A program made the translations under genes and the position numbers. The notes below the pieces were generated by a model that was not told the origin of the DNA, did no database searches, and saw nothing but the letters and a program-made list of their open reading frames with translations. From Candidatus Poribacteria bacterium (GTDB lineage Bacteria > Poribacteria > WGA-4E > WGA-3G), in the NCBI GenBank assembly GCA_963665235.2, contig CAXXLX010000001.1:1472001-1536000 (forward strand): a stretch of DNA of 64,000 bases. The letters run 5' to 3'. Shown one piece after another: positions 46,690-55,725 of this stretch; within the stretch, counting starts at the first letter, position 1; each line of letters starts with the position of its first letter.

Positions 46690-48174
46690 ATGATGCAGTT
46701 TCTGAAGGAACGTCTTCCACTATCGGAGGTGTCCGAACATCTGCGCAAACCGCTGCCGAAACATATCAACCTACTTTTCTCCCTCGGCAGTTTGGCAATG
46801 TTTCTGCTACTGCTCCAAGCTGTTACAGGGGCACTCCTTGCGTTATCCTATTCCCCAACGCCAGACAACGCTTACGACGCGGTAACCTATATCAGCAACG
46901 AGGCACCGTTCGGTAGTTTTGTGCGCGGCTTGCACCATTGGGGTGCAAGTGCCATGGTTATCATTGTCTTTCTGCACCTGCTCCGTGTCGTCCTTTACGG
47001 CTCCTATAAAGCCCCCCGTGAGTTGACGTGGGTTGTCGGTGTCCTTCTGTTATTGGTGGTGCTAGGGTTTGGGTTCACGGGTTATCTGCTGCCGTGGGAC
47101 GAAAAAGCGTATTGGGCAACGAAAGTCGGGGTTGAAATATCCGGTAAGGCCCCGGTCCTAGGCGGATGGGTTGCAAAAGTGCTACGCGGCGGCACAGAGG
47201 TCGGCGCGGTGACATTGTCACGTTTCTACGCACTCCACACGATTTGGTTACCGTGGTTAGCCTTCGGCTTAGTCGGTTTACATCTATTTTTGGTCCGGTA
47301 CTACGGTTCTTCAGGAACGCCACAGAACACCCTGGAAGATATGAAAATGGGAAAACCGTTCTATCCTGACCAGGTGTTTGAGGACGTTGTCGGCATGCTG
47401 ATTCTTTTTATAGTGTTAGCATCGGCTGCGTTGTTCGTTCCCGTTCCGCTTGAAGATGTCGCCGACCCAACGAATGCCAACTATGACCCCCGCCCTGAAT
47501 GGTATTTTCTCTTTCTGTTTCAGCTGCTGAAATATTTCCAAGGCCCGTTTGAAATCATCGGGACGTTTATCATCCCGACAGTCGGCATGGTGCTACTGCT
47601 GCTGCTTCCCTTCTTAGACAGAAGTGAACGTAAAGCGCTTTGGAAACGTCCCGTGGCACTTACTGTCACAACCTTTTGCGTTGCAGCAGTTGTGACATTG
47701 ACACTCCTCGGCGCAACTGCAAAGAAATTGGAGACGGTCGAACCAGAGACACCCCAGCCTGTACAACAGGCAGCCGATACGGATACACAAAATGGCGAAA
47801 CTACTGAAACAGAAGCTCCGCCCGAAGTCGAAGACCTGAAAGAACTCATGAGGTTGATGATGGATGCCTACTATGAGGTCGTTGACTACTTCGACACCGG
47901 TGAAGGTAAAGCGGAAGCTGTTGAAGGGGCGAAACAGCTCGCTACATATTCAAAAGCGATTGTAGCCTTTGAACCCCCGAAAAATGCCGAGCTGACTGAA
48001 GAATATGCCGAAATACAGGAACAGTTCGCGGAAACGCTCACACAATTTGCTGAAAAACTTGAACAGGAGGGCATCACCGACGAAACACGTCAGCAGTGGG
48101 ATGATATCGTAACATTGGTCAATCAAGCACACCAACGGTTCAGCGAGGAGGAGATTGACCTAGAGGCATACTAG
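46690..48174 (+). CDS. qcrB: cytochrome b (b6 + subunit IV fused) with a C-terminal four-helix domain
   Basis: RGLHHWGAS, FTGYLLPWD, RFYALH, PEWYF; acidic helical tail ending VNQAHQRF. Confidence 0.9.
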   Translation: MMQFLKERLPLSEVSEHLRKPLPKHINLLFSLGSLAMFLLLLQAVTGALLALSYSPTPDNAYDAVTYISNEAPFGSFVRGLHHWGASAMVIIVFLHLLRVVLYGSYKAPRELTWVVGVLLLLVVLGFGFTGYLLPWDEKAYWATKVGVEISGKAPVLGGWVAKVLRGGTEVGAVTLSRFYALHTIWLPWLAFGLVGLHLFLVRYYGSSGTPQNTLEDMKMGKPFYPDQVFEDVVGMLILFIVLASAALFVPVPLEDVADPTNANYDPRPEWYFLFLFQLLKYFQGPFEIIGTFIIPTVGMVLLLLLPFLDRSERKALWKRPVALTVTTFCVAAVVTLTLLGATAKKLETVEPETPQPVQQAADTDTQNGETTETEAPPEVEDLKELMRLMMDAYYEVVDYFDTGEGKAEAVEGAKQLATYSKAIVAFEPPKNAELTEEYAEIQEQFAETLTQFAEKLEQEGITDETRQQWDDIVTLVNQAHQRFSEEEIDLEAY

Positions 48175-48175
48175 A

Positions 48176-48305
48176 TTGGCAATTGGCGATTGGCAATTAG
48201 CAATTGGCAAGATTTTGTGATTACAGAACGCGGTCTGACGCGCGTCAGAGCCCTCTTTCTCTTGCTATAAACCAAAAACCAATAGCTAATCTGGCAAATA
48301 GCAAG
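48176..48305. repeat. heptamer-repeat element (TTGGCAA/TTAGCAA)n with internal palindrome
   Basis: Five heptamers, CTGACGCGCGTCAG palindrome, CTCTTGCTATAAACC shared with 51548-51660. Confidence 0.65.
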
Positions 48306-48320
48306 AGGTTTGTGATTCCA

Positions 48321-48470
48321 ACGTGAGTTTGAAAAAAGTTTTGATCTGTAGCGTTCTCTAGTAGTTTCAGCAAAAACCAGTGCAAACTAAACGTTCATGG
48401 GACAATTATATCGCTTTTTTCGGCCTGAAAGGTGTCTACGGCAAACGGTTATTTATTATCAAGCTCACGT
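48321..48470 (-). mobile_element. MITE family B copy (150 bp), reverse orientation
   Basis: ACGTGAGTTTGAAAAAAG...TTATTATCAAGCTCACGT; internal match to 34365-34517. Confidence 0.75.
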
Positions 48471-48518
48471 TTTTTCTAATATTCTGCAAAAAATTTGACA
48501 TTGATTACAGTTACCGGA

Positions 48519-48822
48519 ATGTATGCTCTCAGTGGTTCGTATACCGCCGCGCCAGGAGATATACACGAGGTCTGTCTTATCACTGATGCTCCTTATGCCA
48601 ATGTCTATTGGTATGTGAAGGTGCCTTGGGATACCATGCCTGGGGCGTTTAGGAACATTGGAAGAAACTGATACCGGAGATGGGACCACAAAGGAGGCGA
48701 CTTTCAGTTACACGTTCCCTAGTGGTGCCATGCATACTGGGACATTCACGATAACGGCGTATATTTACCGAAGTGACAATACTATCTATGAAGAAAGTTA
48801 CACAGTGACGGTAGCTAACTAA
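48519..48822 (+). pseudogene. frameshifted fragment of an Ig-like surface-protein domain
   Basis: GSYTAAPGDIHE..PYANVYWYVK then, in a shifted frame, GDGTTKEATFSYTFPSG..TITAYIY..YTVTVAN*. Confidence 0.5.
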
Positions 48823-48980
48823 TCCGCTAATATTTGGTTTTTAAGGCGGGACATCTTAGAGGTATACCATTTCTATTTAAATGGTGCACATTATGCTATC
48901 TATTCGGAAGGACTCTTCTGTAGGCGCGTGCTCTTGGTCGCGACCGGGAGGTTGCGCCTAGAAGAAACCTCCGCACCCGT

Positions 48981-49143
48981 ATATTAACCCAAGTTGCTAC
49001 TTATAGGTTTTTAGACCTGGAAACACCGTCTTTAATGAAAATATGCTGATAATTAGGCAATATTTGTAGCGTCCACTTTTAGTTTGCACACAAATATGCA
49101 CAATCTGGAAGATTATGCTACTATGTGGCAACTTAGGTTATAT
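48981..49143. repeat. small inverted-repeat element containing GTAGC REPs
   Basis: AACCCAAGTTGCTAC / GTGGCAACTTAGGTT ends; REP copies at 49066-49089 and 49098-49121. Confidence 0.55.
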
Positions 49144-49172
49144 TATTCGCGAGTCAGACTCAGACAGGATGA

Positions 49173-49201
49173 TTGACATTTAAGCCAAGACATGTTAAAA
49201 T
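49173..49201 (+). promoter_or_regulatory. sigma70-type promoter
   Basis: TTGACA-N17-TAAAAT with extended TG. Confidence 0.7.
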
Positions 49202-49264
49202 GGTTTTATATTTGGTATATGTCTTTCTACCCAGATTAGGACAGCTTAAAAGGAGAACTACCCC

Positions 49265-50293
49265 ATGAAAAACACGTCGTATTCCATTTTAATAGCACTG
49301 TTTATAGCAGCAACATTTACGCCTATCAGCCTCGCCCAATATTCCCCGGGAGGCGATTCCCCTGATGGCGAGAAAGCGCGCGTCAGGAAAGGCAAGCTCC
49401 ATATCTATGATGTAAAGTATTCACCAGATAGCACACGGGTCGCGGTAGCCGGTAGTTTCGGTATCCGGCTCTATGATGTTCAGACAGGTGAAGAACCGGT
49501 TCAATTCATAGGGCACCGAGGTAAGAAGGTCTGGAGCGTGGCGTTTAGTCCGGATGGAAAAAGGTTTGTGAGCGGTGGACAGGATAATACCATTCGGTTG
49601 TGGGATGTGAACACAGGAAAACTCCTCCGAACAATCACAGAACGGGCCTGGAGCGTAGCATTTAGTCCAGATGGCACGACGATAGCAAGTGGGGATTGGA
49701 TTCAGACCATTAGTCTATGGGATGTGAACACAGGGAAACGTCTACTTACACTCCCTGGGCATACGATTAAGCTCTGGAGCCTAGCGTTTAGCCCGGATGG
49801 AAGGATGCTTGCGAGTTGTGGCTGTGATTACAATACCGGCAGTGGGTACGATAGCATTCGGTTGTGGGATGTGAAAACAGGAAAACACATACGAACAATC
49901 GGAGAAGAGGCTGCTGGGAATGGCATCACAGACGTGGCGTTTAGTCCGGATGGAAAGACTATAGCTAGTGCCAGCTCATCTATCCTTCGGTTGTGGGATG
50001 TGAAAACAGGAAAACACATACGAACATTTACAGAGGACGCGGCTAGTGTCTGGAGGGTGGCGTTTAGTCCGGATGGAAAGACTATAGCTAGTGCAAATAT
50101 CGGTGCCATCATCGGTTTGTGGGATGTGGAAACGGGAAAACTCCTCCGAACAATCAGCGGGCAGGGTTGTGTCGGAAAAGTGGTGGCGTTTAGTCCGGAT
50201 GGAAAGACTATCGCAAGCGGGGGTTGGCAGGTGGCATATCTGTGGGATGCGAACACGGGACAACGCCTCCGAACACTCATAAAGGATTATTGA
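49265..50293 (+). CDS. secreted WD40-repeat protein
   Basis: Signal peptide; repeated VAFSPDGKTIAS...LWDV.TG. Confidence 0.93.
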   Translation: MKNTSYSILIALFIAATFTPISLAQYSPGGDSPDGEKARVRKGKLHIYDVKYSPDSTRVAVAGSFGIRLYDVQTGEEPVQFIGHRGKKVWSVAFSPDGKRFVSGGQDNTIRLWDVNTGKLLRTITERAWSVAFSPDGTTIASGDWIQTISLWDVNTGKRLLTLPGHTIKLWSLAFSPDGRMLASCGCDYNTGSGYDSIRLWDVKTGKHIRTIGEEAAGNGITDVAFSPDGKTIASASSSILRLWDVKTGKHIRTFTEDAASVWRVAFSPDGKTIASANIGAIIGLWDVETGKLLRTISGQGCVGKVVAFSPDGKTIASGGWQVAYLWDANTGQRLRTLIKDY

Positions 50294-50509
50294 TACAACT
50301 GCGCAGCGGTATATTGCAAGGGGAAACATCATGAAATATGTCAACGCCTGCCTGTTTACGACTTTTATAGTAAAGCTTACAATTATTTATACATGGCAAT
50401 GTGGCAAAAACGCCCGGTTTTCCTCTGCCCCCGCGGGCGGGGGGATAAAGGGGGGTCTTAAAGTCAATGTCCATTTATTTTCCAACTTTACTATATCCTT
50501 ATAACAGCT

Positions 50510-51547
50510 GTGCAAATCGGTTGTTTATCTACGGGTGTCATGGGCAAGGCAGAGAAATTAGTTGACGCGCAGGATTATCGAGGGGCGATAGACGCTTATC
50601 AAAGCATCATTGATAGTAAACCTGGGACGGTTGACGCACGCGCAGCCCAACTCGCTATCGGTGAACTCTACATTGCACATATCAATCAACCCGAACAGGG
50701 GACTAAAGCATATCAAGCAGTCATTGCTGAAACCCCCGATAGCGATGAGGCGGCAGAGGCACACTATCGTCTCGGAATGCACGCCTATCGTCAAAAAGAT
50801 TTTGACGCAGCGCAAACTCACTTTCGGACTATCGTTATCCGATTTTCGCATCTACATGTACGATTGCGTCAGAATGCTCACCTGATGTTGGCAAAGAGTT
50901 ATGAGGGGGGACAGAAATATGAACAAGCTGTGAAAACTTTTGAGAATTTTGTGAACTGCTATCCACAGAGCAAACGCGCTGCCCAAGCCATAGTCAATAA
51001 AGCGCGCGTCCAACGCAAAATCCTTAAAAATGAGCGGGCGGAATCGCATCTTGAAAAACCAAAAGAAGCGTTCATTGAACGCAATACCTCTCCCTTTGGA
51101 TTTGGCCCATATCCTGAAGTTCCCGCCAATTATCGGTTTCGGAGACAACTTTGGGATAATGCCACGCCAGAGCATGAGTTGTTAGAACGTGTCCGCCTTA
51201 AGTTATGGAAACAGGGCACACAAATTAAAGGTGCCATGTTTGATAATAATGGTCTCATTTATCCAACTATTCCGGGTGTAATTTACGTGGAATGGCGTAC
51301 CGTTGAAGAAGGGCCCCTACAGTTCGTGGGACGACGGTATGCCGCGCACGTCATGGGGCACCCAAATACTGCTAAAAAATGGAGTGCTTCATACCTAACT
51401 GAACTTGGGTTTGAACGCACAGACGTAAAGAAGGACAGTGAGGCATCAGGTATAAAGGTTTATGAGTATCCAGATGGGGGGATAGACCCCTACACATTTC
51501 TCGATTTACCGAAGAGCCTCACTCAAAATCCTCTGCATGAAGATTAA
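50510..51547 (+). CDS. TPR (BamD/CpoB-like) protein with an uncharacterised C-terminal domain
   Basis: P.S..A..A TPR pattern; C-terminal SPFGFGPYPEVP...GIDPYTFLDL; start uncertain. Confidence 0.7.
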   Translation: MQIGCLSTGVMGKAEKLVDAQDYRGAIDAYQSIIDSKPGTVDARAAQLAIGELYIAHINQPEQGTKAYQAVIAETPDSDEAAEAHYRLGMHAYRQKDFDAAQTHFRTIVIRFSHLHVRLRQNAHLMLAKSYEGGQKYEQAVKTFENFVNCYPQSKRAAQAIVNKARVQRKILKNERAESHLEKPKEAFIERNTSPFGFGPYPEVPANYRFRRQLWDNATPEHELLERVRLKLWKQGTQIKGAMFDNNGLIYPTIPGVIYVEWRTVEEGPLQFVGRRYAAHVMGHPNTAKKWSASYLTELGFERTDVKKDSEASGIKVYEYPDGGIDPYTFLDLPKSLTQNPLHED

Positions 51548-51964
51548 TTTATACTGGCAATTAGCAGTTAGCAATTAGCTCATTGGCGATTAGCGATTGG
51601 CAAGAAATATAAGAGAAGAGAAGAAACCTCTTTGTTTTCTTCCTCTTGCTATAAACCATTAGCCAAAGGTCGATTTGGACAAATCACGTTACCTATTTCC
51701 TGCTGTTTTTTTCAACTGCTTAGCGGTGCGGAGCTGTTCTCTAAGGTGAGGCATCCCCTCAGGTTTTATACTGGCAAATAGCAATTAGCAGTTAGCAATT
51801 CCCAGGTTTCTGAAGCGCGTCAAAAACCTCTTTCTCTTCTAACGGTTTCCAACAGCATAAGCCATAAGCCATAAGCTATAAGCCAATTACACGTTACCTA
51901 TTTCCTGCTGTTTTTTTCAACTGCTTAGCGGTGCGGAGCTCTCTAAGGTGAGGCATCCCCTCAG
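51548..51964. repeat. tandem duplication of a heptamer element plus the 3' end of the TPR gene
   Basis: 51685-51762 matches 51890-51964 except for a 3-bp indel; both units begin TTTATACTGGCAA.TAGCA. Confidence 0.8.
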
Positions 51965-52769
51965 CCTGCTGTATAAACGTGTCCAGAGCCCGGTGCATCA
52001 TGACGGTGTCACCCTTTTTCTGATATGCCTGCGCAAGCCGATAGTGTGCCTCTATCTCACTCTTATCTAACGCTAACCCCTTTTCATAGACAGGAATAGC
52101 GTTGAGAAAGTCTTCGCTCTCTTCATAAGCGAGTCCGAGGTTGAAATAGACCGTAGCGTCACCGCCATCTAGGGCTATGCCCGCTTTATAATGCTGAATA
52201 GCCTCCGGATAGGCTTCCTGATTGAGATACGCATCCGCTAGATTGTAATAGGCATCCACAAATGTTGGGTCTGAATCGATAGCACGCTGATAGGCGACTA
52301 CAGCTTCATCGAACCGGTTGGACATGTCGTAAGCATAACCGAGGTTGTTATAGAAGGCGGGGTTTCCGGGTGAAATTTCAAGTGCCACTTGAAACATATC
52401 TATCGCCAAGAGAAATAGGCGGAGGTCAACGTACACTAAACCGAGGTTGTTATATGCCTGCTGATGGTCTTCGTCAAGCGAAATTGCTGTTTGAAACCTC
52501 TCTATCGCCTTCTCATGTTCACCCAATTTATGATAGATTTTCCCTAATGAGAGATGCCCTTCCGCGTCGAGCGGATTGAGCGTTTGTCCCATCTCAAGTT
52601 TTAGTGCCTCGCGCTGGAGTTCTCTCCGCTGCTTCGTCTCCTCCGGCGCAGAACAGCCGTAGAAAAAGCAGACTATCACGATTATGAATAACAACGTTGA
52701 AACACGGAAACACCGTTTCCCAACAATATTAGGAGGACAAGCCTGATGATTATTGATACCCATACGCAT
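51894..52769 (-). CDS. TPR lipoprotein
   Basis: FFYGC lipobox-like; AYNNLG and YFNLG TPRs; true start probably ~52694. Confidence 0.82.
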   Translation of the reverse strand: MRMGINNHQACPPNIVGKRCFRVSTLLFIIVIVCFFYGCSAPEETKQRRELQREALKLEMGQTLNPLDAEGHLSLGKIYHKLGEHEKAIERFQTAISLDEDHQQAYNNLGLVYVDLRLFLLAIDMFQVALEISPGNPAFYNNLGYAYDMSNRFDEAVVAYQRAIDSDPTFVDAYYNLADAYLNQEAYPEAIQHYKAGIALDGGDATVYFNLGLAYEESEDFLNAIPVYEKGLALDKSEIEAHYRLAQAYQKKGDTVMMHRALDTFIQQAEGMPHLRELRTAKQLKKTAGNR

Positions 52770-53582
52770 TTTTACGACCCGACCCGTCCTGAAGGCGTGC
52801 CGTGGCCAAACCCGAATGATGACCTACTTTACCGAAAAGTTATGCCTGACGACTATAAAAAACTTGCGGTGCCTGAAGGTGTAACCGGCACCGTCGTCGT
52901 TGAAGCCAGTGGGTGGCTCGAAGATAACCAATGGATTCTTGAACTTGCCGCAGATGAACCGTTTATTGTCGGTTTCGTTGGAAATTTAGCACCCAGCGAC
53001 CCAAATTTCGCGGCCAACCTTGAACGATTCTCGGCAAATTCGTTGTTCCGAGGCATACGGCTCGGCAGCGGACATCTTCAAGCACTCAGTGATACAGATT
53101 TCTTGGCGAATATTGAGACGTTGGCAGAAAAGGAGCTCACCTTAGACCTGCTGATTAACCCTGCAGCCCTAAAGCACGTGCCCGCCCTAGTTGAGCATAC
53201 GCCGACAATGCGGATTGTGATTAACCACGTCGCAGGCGTTCGCGTTGATGAGAATCCGCCCGACGCAGCATGGGTTTCAACTATACAAGAGGTTGCACGC
53301 TACCCAAATATCTACTGCAAGGTCTCCGGTTTGGTAGAACACACGGGACAAACACCCGCACCGGACGATGTCGCCTACTACACCCCAACAATTGATGTTT
53401 TATGGGATGCCTTTGGAGAGGATAGGCTCATCTACGGCAGCAATTGGCCCGTATCTGAACGTTTCGCACCCTACGCCACAGTGCAAAAAATTGTCAACAC
53501 CTACTTCAGTGCGAAAGGCGATGCTGTCAAGGCGAAGTTCTTCTGGGAAAATGCAAAGGCAGCGTATCAGTTATCGGTTTAG
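52746..53582 (+). CDS. amidohydrolase 2 family (sugar lactonase-like)
   Basis: IIDTHTH, INH, KVSGL, GSNWPV; AGGAGG RBS. Confidence 0.9.
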   Translation: MIIDTHTHFYDPTRPEGVPWPNPNDDLLYRKVMPDDYKKLAVPEGVTGTVVVEASGWLEDNQWILELAADEPFIVGFVGNLAPSDPNFAANLERFSANSLFRGIRLGSGHLQALSDTDFLANIETLAEKELTLDLLINPAALKHVPALVEHTPTMRIVINHVAGVRVDENPPDAAWVSTIQEVARYPNIYCKVSGLVEHTGQTPAPDDVAYYTPTIDVLWDAFGEDRLIYGSNWPVSERFAPYATVQKIVNTYFSAKGDAVKAKFFWENAKAAYQLSV

Positions 53583-54148
53583 GCAACCCATCGCATAAAC
53601 TCTCCGACCGGTTTCCGCGCTGGCTCCTTAATCTCTGCGGGATACCCGGTATAGAAAAAGCCGATGATATATTCCTGCGATGAATCTACGCCGAGCAACT
53701 GATAAGTCTGCTCTTCCATTGTAATTGGCCCCGTGCTCCACTGCATGCCTACGCCTGCATCCCAGGCAGCGAGTTGGACGTTCTGCATTGCACAACAGGC
53801 AGCAGCATAATCTTCGCGTTGGCGTTGTTCATCCCCCTCTTGCAGGCAGGAAACGGCGATAATAGTCGGCTTAGACATAAATTTCTCATAAGCCAATTGT
53901 CCAATCTTCGCAAGATTCTCTGCATCGACGTGGTCGGGTGTACCCTCCATCTTAATTTCGCGGTACCGTTCGGCGAGTGTCTGTTTCGTCTTCTCACCGA
54001 TGACGGTAAACCGCCACGGTTCTGTAATATGGTGATTCGGTGCCCATATTCCGTAGCTAAAAATTTGTTCGATTACATCGTTCGGAACGGTGTCCGGTTT
54101 GAACTTAAAAATAGTGCGTCTTGAAAGAATAGCGTCTTTAACATCCAT
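53579..54148 (-). CDS. nitroreductase family protein
   Basis: SRRTI..F, WAPNH..TEPWRF, QN.QLAA...G.G..WSTG. Confidence 0.9.
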   Translation of the reverse strand: MDVKDAILSRRTIFKFKPDTVPNDVIEQIFSYGIWAPNHHITEPWRFTVIGEKTKQTLAERYREIKMEGTPDHVDAENLAKIGQLAYEKFMSKPTIIAVSCLQEGDEQRQREDYAAACCAMQNVQLAAWDAGVGMQWSTGPITMEEQTYQLLGVDSSQEYIIGFFYTGYPAEIKEPARKPVGEFMRWVA

Positions 54149-54235
54149 AAAAAAAATCCTCCTTACTGAATTGAATTATAGTCTATTGGAAGGTTAATTG
54201 CAAAAGTTGACATGTGTCCTATTTAAGCCGTTCCA

Positions 54236-55117
54236 CTAAACGTGCTCAAAGGTTTTGGGTTTTAATTCTACTGCCCTGTTATAGTCCTTGATGGCTCTAT
54301 CCAGCTCGCCTTTTTCATGGTAAGCCGTGCCGCGATTGTAATACGCTTCAACAAAATTTGGTTTTAGTTCAATCGCTATGTCATAATCTTTAAGGGCGCG
54401 GTTATAATCTCCTTTGTCGCGGTAAGCAGCACCGCGATTGCTATACGGCGCGGGATAATCATTTTTTAGCTCTATTGCTTTGGTGCAGTCTTCTATAGCT
54501 AAATCATGGTCGCCCCTGACACGATAAACAGCCCCGCGATTGTTATAGGCAAAGGCATAGTCTGGTTTGAGCGCAATCGCTTTATTAAAATCTTTGATAG
54601 CAAGTTCGAGCTCACCCCTTTCTCCGTAATCAATACCGCGATTGTTATAAAAAGTAGGCTCGTTTGGAGCTAATTCTATCGCTCGGTTATGGTCTTTGAT
54701 TGCGCTATCAACCCTATTTTTTTCCCGATACACGTTACCGCGATTATTATAAGCCCCTGCATAATCAGGTTTCATACAGATTGCCAAATCATACGCAGAA
54801 ATAGCCGATTCTCCGTTACCCCTTTCAGAAAGGAGATAGCCAATGGCAAAGAACGCTGCTGCAGCAACATCCGTCTCGATTTGTTCTACTGTCGCAGCAC
54901 AGGGTGTAATGCCCTCGCTCTCCAATTGAGCCCATACCTCCTCCACTAATTCCGGAAAAAGAGCTTCTATCTTTGGAAAGTGCTGCTCCTGATATGCCTT
55001 AATAAGTATACTGACCCATGTCATGACTGCCGATAAGGGATGATTTTCATCTCCACCGACACCATAGACCAAATCATCTAATACTGCTGCTAGGTGTTGG
55101 TACTCGATTTCTGTCAC
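54236..55117 (-). CDS. TPR protein with a HigA-like N-terminal domain
   Basis: EY..L..VLDDL...VG.DENHPL..M...LI..Y...H.P followed by AYNNRG TPRs. Confidence 0.75.
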   Translation of the reverse strand: MTEIEYQHLAAVLDDLVYGVGGDENHPLSAVMTWVSILIKAYQEQHFPKIEALFPELVEEVWAQLESEGITPCAATVEQIETDVAAAAFFAIGYLLSERGNGESAISAYDLAICMKPDYAGAYNNRGNVYREKNRVDSAIKDHNRAIELAPNEPTFYNNRGIDYGERGELELAIKDFNKAIALKPDYAFAYNNRGAVYRVRGDHDLAIEDCTKAIELKNDYPAPYSNRGAAYRDKGDYNRALKDYDIAIELKPNFVEAYYNRGTAYHEKGELDRAIKDYNRAVELKPKTFEHV

Positions 55118-55210
55118 CGTGACACAGCTAAGATCTTCATTCCGATTTGCGATACCGGTGAATAGGTCCAGTAAACTTATACCATTTCTAATTGAAAATG
55201 TTTCTTTATT

Positions 55211-55480
55211 GTAGCATAAACTTCCAGTTTGTGTGCTTTATCGTAGCATAAACTTCCAGTTTGTGTGCTTTATCGTAGCATAAACTTCCAGTTTGTGTGC
55301 TTTATCGTAGCATAAACTTCCAGTTTGTGTGTGTAGCATAAACTTCCAGTTTGTGTTTTTGTAGCATAAACTTCCAGTTTGTGTGCTTTATCGTAGCATA
55401 AACTTCCAGTTTGTGTGCTTTATCGTAGCATAAACTTCCAGTTTGTGTGCTTTATCGTAGCATAAACTTCCAGTTTGTGT
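55211..55480 (+). repeat. tandem array of nine GTAG-REP-like units (24-bp core, mostly 32-bp period)
   Basis: GTAGCATAAACTTCCAGTTTGTGT at 55211, 55243, 55275, 55307, 55333, 55361, 55393, 55425, 55457. Confidence 0.92.
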
Positions 55481-55725
55481 CCTCCGTTCTCCGTTTCATT
55501 TCCAACAACCGGTAATGATAGAATAATTAATAAAAATGGTATTACAAGCCATTTCACTTCACTTTCCGTATCGGCTGCAGTATCAACAAATTCGGGCTGT
55601 AAAGGTTGTTCATGGGCAAGTAATACCTGTTTTTTGGGGCTATGTTCGCCTGAGAATATGGGCTCAAAAGGCGTGAACGTTGACAATATATTTGGCAGAG
55701 ACTGCGTTCCGACTAGCATGATTTG

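Noticed and set aside
55211-55480. Possible CRISPR array
   Set aside because: Linkers are 2-8 bp and mostly identical, not unique ~30-bp spacers; no cas genes in the window.
55420-55719. 99-aa minus-strand ORF
   Set aside because: It runs into the tandem repeat and has no recognisable motif or clear RBS; left uncalled.
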